In this document: positions 27,462 to 36,586 of the stretch, one piece after another
Layout: every line of letters begins with the position of its first letter
Numbering within the stretch: position 1 is the first letter of the stretch
From: Steroidobacteraceae bacterium
Lineage (GTDB): Bacteria > Pseudomonadota > Gammaproteobacteria > Steroidobacterales > Steroidobacteraceae
Assembly: GCA_036489335.1 (NCBI GenBank)
Contig: DASXFY010000018.1
Coordinates: forward strand, 337 to 64,336
Length of the DNA stretch: 64,000 nt
Direction: 5' to 3'
Position numbers and translations under genes: made by a program
The notes under the pieces: model-generated
What the model saw: only the letters and a program-made list of their open reading frames with translations
What the model was told of the DNA's origin: nothing
The model's database searches: none

Positions 27462-28201
27462 ATGAGACTGCAATTTGACAATAGGACCGTTGCCGTAAGC
27501 GGTGCGGCGGGGGGGCATCGGAAATGAGATCGCGAAGGGGTTTGCGTCTCTGGGAGCGTCGGTGTTCGCGTGCGACATCCGCAAGGACGGCCTGGCCGGG
27601 TTGGTGACCGACGGGATTGAAATAGAGAGTGTCGATCTCGCGGACAGAGAGGCTGCGGCGGCCTGGATTGCGGGTATCGAGAGCCGCTGCGGCGGCGCGA
27701 TCGACGTGCTCGTCAACAGTGCGGGCGGTGTCGCAGGTCAGGTTGGGCGGCCGCTCGAGGATGTGAATGACGCGGACCGGGACGAGGTCATGGCGATCAA
27801 CCTTGGAGCGGCGTTCGCCCTGAGCCGTGCGTGTGTGCCGGCGATGAAGCGGACGAGGCGAGGGTCCATCGTGAACGTCACCTCAGGCGCGGCGACGAAC
27901 CCTTCATTGACGGGCATACAGTCGTACTGTGCAAGCAAGCATGCGCTATTGGGACTGACCCGGCAGTTGGCGCACGAGCTGGGGCCTCATGGAATCCTCC
28001 CGGACTCATGCTGACCAACGAGGCCACCAGGCGCCAATGGGCGGCCTATGGCGCCGACCGGCAGCGGGCTCTGCTGGAAGGCATCGCGCGCTGCGCAGGC
28101 TGGGCCGCGCCGAGGACGTCGTCAACGCGGTCATGTTTCTGGCATCGGATCTGTCGAGCTTCATCACCGGGCAACATCTGCCGGTGGATGGCGGCAAGTG
28201 A
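27462..28201 (+). pseudogene. SDR-family oxidoreductase with three frame-disrupting lesions
   Basis: MRLQFDNRTVAVSGAAGG is followed by a G7 run (27509-27515) that shifts the frame before IGNEIAKGF. The catalytic YCASK motif is present. A second shift plus a short deletion follows ELGPHGI (about 27997). A third shift near 28085-28092 precedes [36 protein letters not shown]. Confidence 0.85.
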
Positions 28202-28575
28202 TCTTGCGCTCTTAGCCGCCCCAGCGCGCCTGCGGCTGTCTGGAACAATCTGGCTCCATCGATTGGGCTGCGCTTGGCACCGTTATTTGCGCGGCCGCAA
28301 CATCAGGTCTGTCTAAGACATCCAATATTCGCACGGACACCACATTTTTCTAACTCCAGCGACAGGCAATCCAACCATCGTTCGCCGCGTTTGCGGTTCG
28401 CTTCACCGAGTCAGATCGTAAACCGCTAGACGGGCCGGGCGTTCTTTACTATAAATCCGCGTCTCGACAGCGGCGGCCGGCACACATCGCGAGTGCGGAG
28501 TGACTGACCGCGTGCGCGCCCGAATTCCAACTTTCGGGCGCCACGCGGCTCTCTACTACATTTAGGGGAGAAAAT

Positions 28576-30666
28576 GTGAACGCCTATCGGAAATCACCCG
28601 TCCCTGCATCCGTGCGCAACCGCCAATCGCCGCGATCGTGGCGATGGCCAGCGATTTCCGCCGTGGCGGCGCTGTGCGCCTTGTCGCCAGGCAGTCAGGC
28701 TCACGCTGCCAGCGGGCAATACATTGCGAACAGCACACCGGCCTTCGTGACGACAGCCACGAAGGTTGGCGCCGCCACCGCCGCGCAGCGCATCGAGATC
28801 AGCCTTTGGCTCAAGCCGCACAATCGAGCCGCCATGGATGCGCTCGCGCAGCAACTTTACGATCGCAGCTCGCCGAATTACCGCCACTGGCTCAAGCCAG
28901 GTGATATCACCGCGCGCTATGCGCCGACCGCCGCTGAGGCGCAGGTCGTCAGGCAATTCCTGCAAGCCCACCAGCTGACGGTGTCACGAATCGGCCCGAG
29001 CAACTTCTACGTGCGCGCGAGCGGAACGATCGCCCAGGTGGAGCAGGCGTTTGCGGTGCAGATCAACAACTACATTCTCGACGGACGAGCCATGCGGGCA
29101 AATTCCGCCGATCCTTACGTCGAGGGCCCGGCCGCTGCCTTGATTCAAGCGGTCTCGGGACTCGACGATGTCGGGTTCGAGAGCCCGGGGATGCAGCGGC
29201 CGACCATCGTGGCCCAGGGGCAAGCGACTGCCATGCAGCGACTCGCTCCTGCCACCCAGGCACCTACCGTCTCCGGGTTCCAGTCGCAATGTTTCCCGGG
29301 CGCCGTTACCGTGCGCCGGACGACCTCTGGCGGCTATCCCAAGGCGACCTACACCGGCAATGACTACAGCGGCAGCGGGGGTGGCTGTGCCTACGCACCG
29401 GCGGACATTCGTGCCGCCTACAACCTGGATGCGCTCTACGCCGAAGGCTACGACGGGCGGGGGCAGACGATCGTGCTCGTCGAGGATTGTGGCTCACCGA
29501 CCTTGCTCGACGATGCGAATACCTTCTCCGAACGCTTTGGACTTCCACTGCTCACCCCGTCCAAATTCAGCATCATCAGCATGGGCACTTCGGTGTGTGC
29601 CGGATACTACCCGAACATCAATGCGGACGTGGAGTGGGCGCACGCGATCGCACCCGGTGCGGCGCTGGCAGTGGTCTACTCCGTGTCAAATGGCGCTGAG
29701 GATGTCGATGAGGCGATGTTTTATGCGGTGAGCTTCGACCTTGGTGCCGTCATTTCCGATGACAACGCCTTCTCCGAGACCCTGGTACCGGTGACGGAGC
29801 TGCAGAAGGAAAACCTCATTTCGGAGCTCGCCGCGCTCGAAGGCATCTCCGCGAACTATCCCTGTGGATTCAAGGCAAGCGAGCTTTTCTTCGGCTCTCC
29901 CATAACAGCTCCCGCCGACGGTCCGTACGCGACCGCAATCGGTGGCGTCACCCTGGCGCTGGCCGCGGGTGACTCGATAGCGTTCGAGACCGGTTGGGAG
30001 GACCACGTGAGCGAGGTACTTGCGCAAGGCACGATCTACGACCCGGCCTTTTCGCCCGTGATCGGTGGCTTGCTCGTCGGCGGATTGGGCGGACCCAGCG
30101 CGTATTTTGCGAAACCTTCCTTTCAGAGCAGGGCTGTCGCCGGCTCACAGCGCCAACAGCCGGATTTTTCCTGGGTGGCTGATCCCTATACCGGCCTGAT
30201 CGTCGTCGCGACCACGGGCGCGCAGGAGCCACCTCAGTCCTGGTTTGCCTTCGGCGGCACGGACGTGGCGACTTCGATGTTCTCCGCGCTGTGGGCGATA
30301 GCCGATCAGAAAGCCGGCGCCGCCCTCGGTCAGGCCGCGCCTTATCTGTATTCACTGCCTGCGACGGCAGTGACAGATGTGGTGCCCCGGTCGTCCCCGA
30401 ATGATGTGGTTGCGACGGTGCAGGAGACCAGCTCGACGAGCACCAGATTCACTGCGGCCCAGACACTGCTGGTGACGCCGCCCTTCAGTCCATTCTACAG
30501 CGCACTGTGGCAGAACCCGGACGGTGTGGAGAACACCGCGTTGGTGCTCTCCTTCGGCGGAGACTCCGTGATGAAGACGGCGGTCGGTTGGGACGAGGTT
30601 ACGGGAATGGGCACCCCGCGGGATGCCAAGGCATTCGTGGATTGGGTGGGAGGTAACAATCAATGA
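28576..30666 (+). CDS. Sedolisin (S53)-like secreted protein with pro-kumamolisin-type activation domain; catalytic residues substituted (predicted inactive)
   Basis: Signal peptide, a prodomain (SLWLKPHNRAAMDALAQQLYDRSSPNYRHWL), and an S53-like domain. It reads NINAD instead of E-x3-D, CGF instead of SGD, and GGTD instead of GGTS. Confidence 0.85.
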   Translation: MNAYRKSPVPASVRNRQSPRSWRWPAISAVAALCALSPGSQAHAASGQYIANSTPAFVTTATKVGAATAAQRIEISLWLKPHNRAAMDALAQQLYDRSSPNYRHWLKPGDITARYAPTAAEAQVVRQFLQAHQLTVSRIGPSNFYVRASGTIAQVEQAFAVQINNYILDGRAMRANSADPYVEGPAAALIQAVSGLDDVGFESPGMQRPTIVAQGQATAMQRLAPATQAPTVSGFQSQCFPGAVTVRRTTSGGYPKATYTGNDYSGSGGGCAYAPADIRAAYNLDALYAEGYDGRGQTIVLVEDCGSPTLLDDANTFSERFGLPLLTPSKFSIISMGTSVCAGYYPNINADVEWAHAIAPGAALAVVYSVSNGAEDVDEAMFYAVSFDLGAVISDDNAFSETLVPVTELQKENLISELAALEGISANYPCGFKASELFFGSPITAPADGPYATAIGGVTLALAAGDSIAFETGWEDHVSEVLAQGTIYDPAFSPVIGGLLVGGLGGPSAYFAKPSFQSRAVAGSQRQQPDFSWVADPYTGLIVVATTGAQEPPQSWFAFGGTDVATSMFSALWAIADQKAGAALGQAAPYLYSLPATAVTDVVPRSSPNDVVATVQETSSTSTRFTAAQTLLVTPPFSPFYSALWQNPDGVENTALVLSFGGDSVMKTAVGWDEVTGMGTPRDAKAFVDWVGGNNQ

Positions 30667-32864
30667 TCACCATGACAATGACGGCGCGCCGATCGAGGCG
30701 GGCGGTGGCGATGACGGCGGTTCTGATGGCGATGGCCACAGTGGCGCCGGCCGCGTTCGCCGCCGTGCAGATCATTGCGCACAACACTCCGCCATACGTG
30801 TCAGCTAGCGCGTATGTGAAGGCGGAGAATCCCGGGACGGCAATGGATGTTACGGTTTGGTTGCAAACGCGCGATCGTGCCGCAATGAATGCGCTCGCGC
30901 AGGAGCTGTATGACAGCCGTTCGCCGAATTACCACCGCTGGCTCAGCCGGCAGGAGATCGCCGAGCGCTTTGCCCCGAGCGCGCGCGACGTTGCGACCGT
31001 GCAACAATTCCTCGAGTCGCATGGTCTGCAGATCGTGGTGGTGGACAACGAGAACTTCTTCGTGCGTGCACGCGGTACGGTCGGTGACGTGGAGAAGGCA
31101 TTTCAGGTTCAGCTCAATGACTATAGGGTTCGTGGCTCGCTGGTACGAGCGAACGACCAGGACCCTCGCGTCGAAGGGGCGGCGGCGCCGTTGGTGAGAG
31201 CGATATCCGGTCTCGACACGGCTGTATACACTCATCCGGTCGTCATGCGTCCCACTGCCGCTTCCGGCGGATCCAGGGCAGCCCTTCCCTTCGCGGCCAG
31301 CCCGCTCCTCCCTGGAGCAGCCGCAACTGCGCAGTCGAGCTTTTATTCCTCGAATTGCTTCACGATCGGAGCGCAGACGCTCTCGACCAACGGCGATGGC
31401 GAGCTGCCAACGGCGACGTACAGCGGGGAGCAGCTCAATCTGGAGACGCTTACCAGCCCGGGTTGCGCTTACACGCCGAATCCCATCCAGGTCGCGTACC
31501 ATCTCAAGGAACTCTATGCCAAAGGGTACACCGGTCAGGGACAGACGATCGTGATCATCGATTGGTGCGGCTCTTCCACCATCGAGAGCGATGCGAATGC
31601 TTTCGCGAAGAAATTCGGGCTGCCGAAGCTCGATGCCTCCAACTTCCAGATCATCTATACGCCCACCCGCAGTGAATGCGTTCAGGAGGGTCAGGTGGAG
31701 ATCAATCTCGATGTCGAGTGGGCGCATGCGATCGCACCCGGCGCCGATATTGCGCTGGTCGTCCCGCCGTCGGCGTCGCTGCAGGATGTCGATGAGGCGG
31801 AATTCTATGCAGTGAACTATGGGCTCGGAAACTCCGTGTCCGGCAGCTATGGCTCGCCGGAATCCCAGACACCGGCGTCGTATCTGGACACGGAGAACCT
31901 GATCGCAGAGATCGCGGCGCTATCCGGGATCTCGACCAACTTCTCCTCTGGAGACTTCGGCGACTACGTCCCGGCCCTGCCCGCGCCGACGGTGAACGCT
32001 CCCGCGGACTCACCTTGGGCGACTGCGGTGGGCGGCGTCAGTTTGGCGTTGAACGCCAACGACTCGATTGCCTGGCAGGCGGGATGGGGAACCGACATCA
32101 CCATGGTCTACACCTTCGGAACCGTGCTCGATCCCCCCAGCTCAGGCGCGCTCGGCTTCGACTTCGGATCGGGCGGTGGGCCCAGCATGTGCGCCTCGCA
32201 GAACGACAGTGCCGGCAATATCGTATGCCTGGGCGGATTCCCGAAGCCGGCGTTTCAGAGCAAGTTGCCGGGGAAGGTGCGGCTCGTTCCGGATGTCTCC
32301 TGGCTCGCGGATCCCTTCACCGGCGTGGCCATCGCCATCTCCCTTCCCGAGCAGGAGCCGGCACAGGTCTGGGAAGTGGTGGGTGGCACGAGCCTCGCGT
32401 GTCCCATGTTCTCTGCGCTATGGGCGATTGCCAATCAGGCCGCGGGCGCGCCGCTGGGGCAGGCGGCTCAATACCTCTATTCGATGCCCGCAGCCACCTT
32501 GACCGACGTGGTTCCGGTCGCCAGTGCGCACAACGTCGCCGCTATCGTCGAGGACGCGAGCGGCACGAAGCCCTATACGACGGCACAGATCTTCGGAAGC
32601 CAGGCGCCGCGCACGTTCGTGAGCGCAAGCGCCAGTTTCCTCAGCAACAATGGCGCGAATTCGCCCTTTTCATCGGCGACGGACGTAATTTCGTTCGGCA
32701 CCGATTGCGCAACGGTTCCTGCAAGTGACGGCTTTGGAACACCCTGCACGCGCGCAACCGCGTTGCACACGGCGCCGGGCTGGGATGACGTAACGGGCAT
32801 CGGTACGCCAAATGCGGAGGCCTTCGTGGATCATTTCATCCCGGGCGCGGCTGACAACCGATGA
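30663..32864 (+). CDS. Sedolisin (S53) family secreted serine-carboxyl peptidase with activation domain
   Basis: Paralog of the upstream ORF. It retains VEINLDVEW (Glu/Asp), FSSGDFG (oxyanion Asp) and VGGTSLACP (Ser nucleophile). ATGA overlap with the upstream stop. Confidence 0.88.
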   Translation: MITMTMTARRSRRAVAMTAVLMAMATVAPAAFAAVQIIAHNTPPYVSASAYVKAENPGTAMDVTVWLQTRDRAAMNALAQELYDSRSPNYHRWLSRQEIAERFAPSARDVATVQQFLESHGLQIVVVDNENFFVRARGTVGDVEKAFQVQLNDYRVRGSLVRANDQDPRVEGAAAPLVRAISGLDTAVYTHPVVMRPTAASGGSRAALPFAASPLLPGAAATAQSSFYSSNCFTIGAQTLSTNGDGELPTATYSGEQLNLETLTSPGCAYTPNPIQVAYHLKELYAKGYTGQGQTIVIIDWCGSSTIESDANAFAKKFGLPKLDASNFQIIYTPTRSECVQEGQVEINLDVEWAHAIAPGADIALVVPPSASLQDVDEAEFYAVNYGLGNSVSGSYGSPESQTPASYLDTENLIAEIAALSGISTNFSSGDFGDYVPALPAPTVNAPADSPWATAVGGVSLALNANDSIAWQAGWGTDITMVYTFGTVLDPPSSGALGFDFGSGGGPSMCASQNDSAGNIVCLGGFPKPAFQSKLPGKVRLVPDVSWLADPFTGVAIAISLPEQEPAQVWEVVGGTSLACPMFSALWAIANQAAGAPLGQAAQYLYSMPAATLTDVVPVASAHNVAAIVEDASGTKPYTTAQIFGSQAPRTFVSASASFLSNNGANSPFSSATDVISFGTDCATVPASDGFGTPCTRATALHTAPGWDDVTGIGTPNAEAFVDHFIPGAADNR

Positions 32865-34949
32865 CTATCTCACCTGCATGTAATCGTCGATCCAGTTGAT
32901 CCACCGCCGAAAGACGTCAATGCTCCGGACGGGGTCTCCGGGGAAATGGCCCGGGACCGGATAGGCGAAGAACTTGACGGTAACGCCGTTGTCCTTCAGC
33001 GCGTGGTACATCAGATACGACTGCGTGATGGGCACGCGCTCATCGGCTGTATCGGCCAGGATGAGCGTCGGGGTTTTCACCTGGCTCGCATAGGTGATGG
33101 GCGACTGCGCGACGTAAGCCGCCATCAGGTTCCTGGTCCAGGGTGAGCCGCCGAAACTCCACCGCTCCGTCACGTTGAAGTCCGAGAGCGCGTAAGCGTG
33201 TACGAGGTCGTTGACCGCGGCGCCGGAAACCGCGGCCTTCCAGAACTGGAAGTGGCCGATCAGCCACGAAGTCATGTAGCCGCCGTAGGACCAGCCGGAG
33301 ACGGCGATACGGGAAGTGTCGATGAAACCGCGGCGCTCGAGCGCCTGAAGACCCGACATGACATCGCGCCCCGGGCCGTCCCCGGCATCGTTGTAGATCG
33401 CGCGCTGGTAGGCGTTACCGAGGTTATCGCTGCCGCGGTAATTCGGCGAGAAGACCACATAGCCGCGTCCCGCGAGGAGCTGCGGCAGCGCATCGAAGTC
33501 CTCCGTCGAGGCGGCCTGCGGACCTCCATGGATATAAAGCACCAGGGGGTACTCGCGTCCTATCTCGAATCCCGGTGGATACACCACGACGCCATCTTCG
33601 GCGAACCCATCGGGACCGGCCCACTTGAGCGTCTCAACGCGACCGAGCTGCCGCGATGCGACCGCATCATTGAAACTCGTCAGGCGCCGAAGGGCGCCGT
33701 CGAGGCTCGGCATGTAATAGAGCTCGTCCGGATGAGTCGGTGTGCTGCCGACCAAGGCCAGGGCGCCCTCCTTCCCCAGGGAGAGGTCGATCCAGAACAG
33801 CCAGTCGGGCTCGACATCGCCCAGATTGAGCTTGCGTGCGGGCCCCTTCAGGGGTTGTACCCATAGACCGACGTGCGTTCCATCGTGTGCCCCAACCAAC
33901 AGCGACTGCCCGTCCGGCATCCAGAAAACGCGCACGATGTCCCGATCGAGCTCACGTGTGACATCGGCTCCATCTCCGCCGGCCACGGGCGTTACCAGGA
34001 GATCGGCCTCGTTGTTGAAATCACCATCGCGTGAGTAGGTGTAGGCGATCTGGGAGCCGTCCGGGGAATAGAGCGGGAAGCCCTCCAGCAGGGGATGACT
34101 CGTCAGCTTGCGAATTCCTCCGGTAGCGACATTCACTATCGCAACCACGGTCTGATCCGAATCCCCATAGGCCGGGGTTCTCTGTTGCACGATCGCGATC
34201 GACCGCCCGTCGGGCGACCAGGAGAGGGGGGAGGATGGCGCGCTCGGTGGCGCTGACCGCGGCAGCGTCCAGCCTCCGGAAGTGATGCGCCGCGGCGGGC
34301 CGCCGTTGGCGGGCACGAGCCAGAGATGTGCGGGCAGGGCGGCCTCGGCAGTGAGATAGCTGTTGTCGCCCACCTCGAATGCATCCTCGTGCTGATCGAT
34401 CTCCTTTTGCGAGGGGTTGTCGTCAGCCATCGTGAAGGCGATCTGCCGCCCATCCGGGCTCCACGCGATCTGTTCGACATCGTGCGCGGAGCCGGTGATC
34501 CGATGAGCCTCGCCGCCATTCATCGGCAACACGTAGATCTGCTCCGAGGGCTGCTTCCAGGGAGTCGAAGACTTCGCGCCCGCTGTTTCCGCGGGGTCGG
34601 GAGAGCCGTCTTCTCCGTCTGCCGATGGCTGCGCGAGGGCGAGAAAAGCGAGGCGGTCGCCTGTGGGAGACCAGCGAGGCGAGAATACGTCCTTTCGCTC
34701 GTAAGTGAGGACCCGCTGCGCTCCGGAGGTAACGTCGATCAGGACGATGGAGGAGTCATAATCATCCTGGGCCAGATTCGGGCGCGAAACGACCAGGGTA
34801 ATCGACCTGCCGTCGGGTGAGAGCTCGGGGTCGGAGACGTGGACGATCTCGGCGACATCCCGGAGCAGCAATCGATTGGATTGTGCGTGGGCGAGCAATG
34901 GAATGAGGGCGGCGGCGATCAGTGCGACGGTCGTCGATGCGCGCGGCAT
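32865..34949 (-). CDS. S9-family serine peptidase (beta-propeller + prolyl oligopeptidase/acylaminoacyl-peptidase catalytic domain)
   Basis: Signal peptide MPRASTTVALIAAALIPLLAHA, with the ATG at 34949 preceded by GAGG. TolB-like propeller repeats. Nucleophile motif GWSYGGYM. The stop abuts the sedolisin stop with no gap. Confidence 0.9.
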   Translation of the reverse strand: MPRASTTVALIAAALIPLLAHAQSNRLLLRDVAEIVHVSDPELSPDGRSITLVVSRPNLAQDDYDSSIVLIDVTSGAQRVLTYERKDVFSPRWSPTGDRLAFLALAQPSADGEDGSPDPAETAGAKSSTPWKQPSEQIYVLPMNGGEAHRITGSAHDVEQIAWSPDGRQIAFTMADDNPSQKEIDQHEDAFEVGDNSYLTAEAALPAHLWLVPANGGPPRRITSGGWTLPRSAPPSAPSSPLSWSPDGRSIAIVQQRTPAYGDSDQTVVAIVNVATGGIRKLTSHPLLEGFPLYSPDGSQIAYTYSRDGDFNNEADLLVTPVAGGDGADVTRELDRDIVRVFWMPDGQSLLVGAHDGTHVGLWVQPLKGPARKLNLGDVEPDWLFWIDLSLGKEGALALVGSTPTHPDELYYMPSLDGALRRLTSFNDAVASRQLGRVETLKWAGPDGFAEDGVVVYPPGFEIGREYPLVLYIHGGPQAASTEDFDALPQLLAGRGYVVFSPNYRGSDNLGNAYQRAIYNDAGDGPGRDVMSGLQALERRGFIDTSRIAVSGWSYGGYMTSWLIGHFQFWKAAVSGAAVNDLVHAYALSDFNVTERWSFGGSPWTRNLMAAYVAQSPITYASQVKTPTLILADTADERVPITQSYLMYHALKDNGVTVKFFAYPVPGHFPGDPVRSIDVFRRWINWIDDYMQVR

Positions 34950-35010
34950 TCGATACCTCAACAGGGGGATCGGTGTGTTGACTATACAATCAAACGGCGA
35001 TTTCGGTTAC

Positions 35011-36483
35011 TCAATCATTTTTTGCGCCGACGCGACAGGCTGTAGCAACCGAGCGGCGATGGCCGTAGCCCCAATATATGACGAGCCCCACGAGCATCCA
35101 CCCCAGGAATCGAAGCCAGGTATCAAAGGGAAGACTGACCATGAGGTACGCGCAGGCGATTGCCCCAAGCGATGCAACGACTGGCGCGCATGGAACGCTG
35201 AACGGCCGTGGTAGCGCTGGTTGCGAGCGGCGAAGCACGAGCACGCTGACGCAGACCGCCAGAAAGGCGAACAGCGTCCCGATCGAAATGAGCTCACTGA
35301 GGAGCTCTATGGGCAGGAGCGCGCCCAGGATTGCGGTGGCGAGCGCCGCTATGGCGATGCCGACCGATGGTACGGCTGTCGCCGGATGCACCCTGCCGAT
35401 AGACATGGGCAAGAGACCATCCCGGGCCATGGAATGGAAGATGCGGCTGAGTGCGAAAAGGAGCACCAGCATGACCGACGTCAGGCCGATCACGGCGCCG
35501 ATACCTACGAGCGGGCGAAGGAACGAGAGCGCCGGACCGGCGAACTGCAGTGCGGCGATCAGGGGGTCCGCGACACCGAGTGCCCGATAAGGCGAAAGGC
35601 CTGTCAGTACAAACGCCACGGCGATGTAGAGCACCGTGCACGCGACAAGAGATCCGAGGAGGCCCAAGGGAGTGTCTCGGGAAGGATTGCGCGCCTCCCT
35701 TGCGGCGGTGGAGACGCAATCGAAGCCGAGGAACGAGAAGAATATCACCCCCGCGGCGCGCAGGATTCCGCTCCAGCCAAAGTGCCCCAAGGACCCGAGG
35801 TTTGGCGGGATGAACGGCGTCCAGTTGTCAGGTCGTACGTAGAAGGCGCCGAATCCTATGAACGCCACGAGCACTGCAAGTTTGATCGCTACGATTACGT
35901 TGTTGACCGTGGCGGAAGCCCGGGACCCCCTCAGCACGATGGCCCCGATCACCAGCGCCATGAGGGTGGCCGGCAGATTGACGATGGCGCCGCTCAGGTG
36001 CAGATGGCGCGACGCATCGAGCGTGACCGGCGCGCTCAGGAAAATGCGCGGTGCATCGATGCTCGCCATTTTCAGCACCGCCACCAGGTAGGCCGACCAG
36101 CTGACGCTGATCGTGGCCGCGGCGAACAGAAATTCGCACACCAGGCTCCAGCCGACGACCCATGCCGGCAATTCCCCGAGGGCGATATAGGCGTAGCTGT
36201 AAGCGCCACCCGAGACCGGGATCATGGCGGCGAGCTCGGCATAACAGAGCGCCGGGCACAGACAGACGGCTGCGGCGATGATGAACGAGAGCACGATCGC
36301 CGGGCCTGCATACTCGGCGGCGGCAGTACCCGTGACGGCAAAGATGCCTGCCCCGACGATTGCGCCAACCCCGAATGCCGCGAGACTCGTGGCGCCGAGG
36401 GATCTATGCAGGGAGCCCGGGGAGTCCGCCTGTAGAGACTCTCCCCGCACATCCTCGACAGCGAGCTTCGACCAGATGCCCAT
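35011..36483 (-). CDS. APC-superfamily amino-acid permease
   Basis: I chose the ATG at 36483 (MGIWSKLAVEDVRGESLQADSPGSLHRSLGATSLAAFGVGAIVGAGIF...). About 12-14 TM segments. The track ORF extends spuriously to 36753. Confidence 0.9.
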   Translation of the reverse strand: MGIWSKLAVEDVRGESLQADSPGSLHRSLGATSLAAFGVGAIVGAGIFAVTGTAAAEYAGPAIVLSFIIAAAVCLCPALCYAELAAMIPVSGGAYSYAYIALGELPAWVVGWSLVCEFLFAAATISVSWSAYLVAVLKMASIDAPRIFLSAPVTLDASRHLHLSGAIVNLPATLMALVIGAIVLRGSRASATVNNVIVAIKLAVLVAFIGFGAFYVRPDNWTPFIPPNLGSLGHFGWSGILRAAGVIFFSFLGFDCVSTAAREARNPSRDTPLGLLGSLVACTVLYIAVAFVLTGLSPYRALGVADPLIAALQFAGPALSFLRPLVGIGAVIGLTSVMLVLLFALSRIFHSMARDGLLPMSIGRVHPATAVPSVGIAIAALATAILGALLPIELLSELISIGTLFAFLAVCVSVLVLRRSQPALPRPFSVPCAPVVASLGAIACAYLMVSLPFDTWLRFLGWMLVGLVIYWGYGHRRSVATACRVGAKND

Positions 36484-36586
36484 GCGTGTCCCGGGAGCGG
36501 ATGCCCGATGAAGGGATTCTGAAAATGCCGAAATCGCTATAGAGTATCTCAAAAGACACTCTGGCTTGAGCTTCGAGGCGGCCGTG

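Noticed and set aside
28275-28290. Sigma-54-like element TGGCAC-CGTTA-TTTGC about 290 nt upstream of the sedolisin operon.
   Set aside because: The GG-to-GC spacing is one base longer than the strict -24/-12 spacing. No enhancer-binding-protein gene is nearby.
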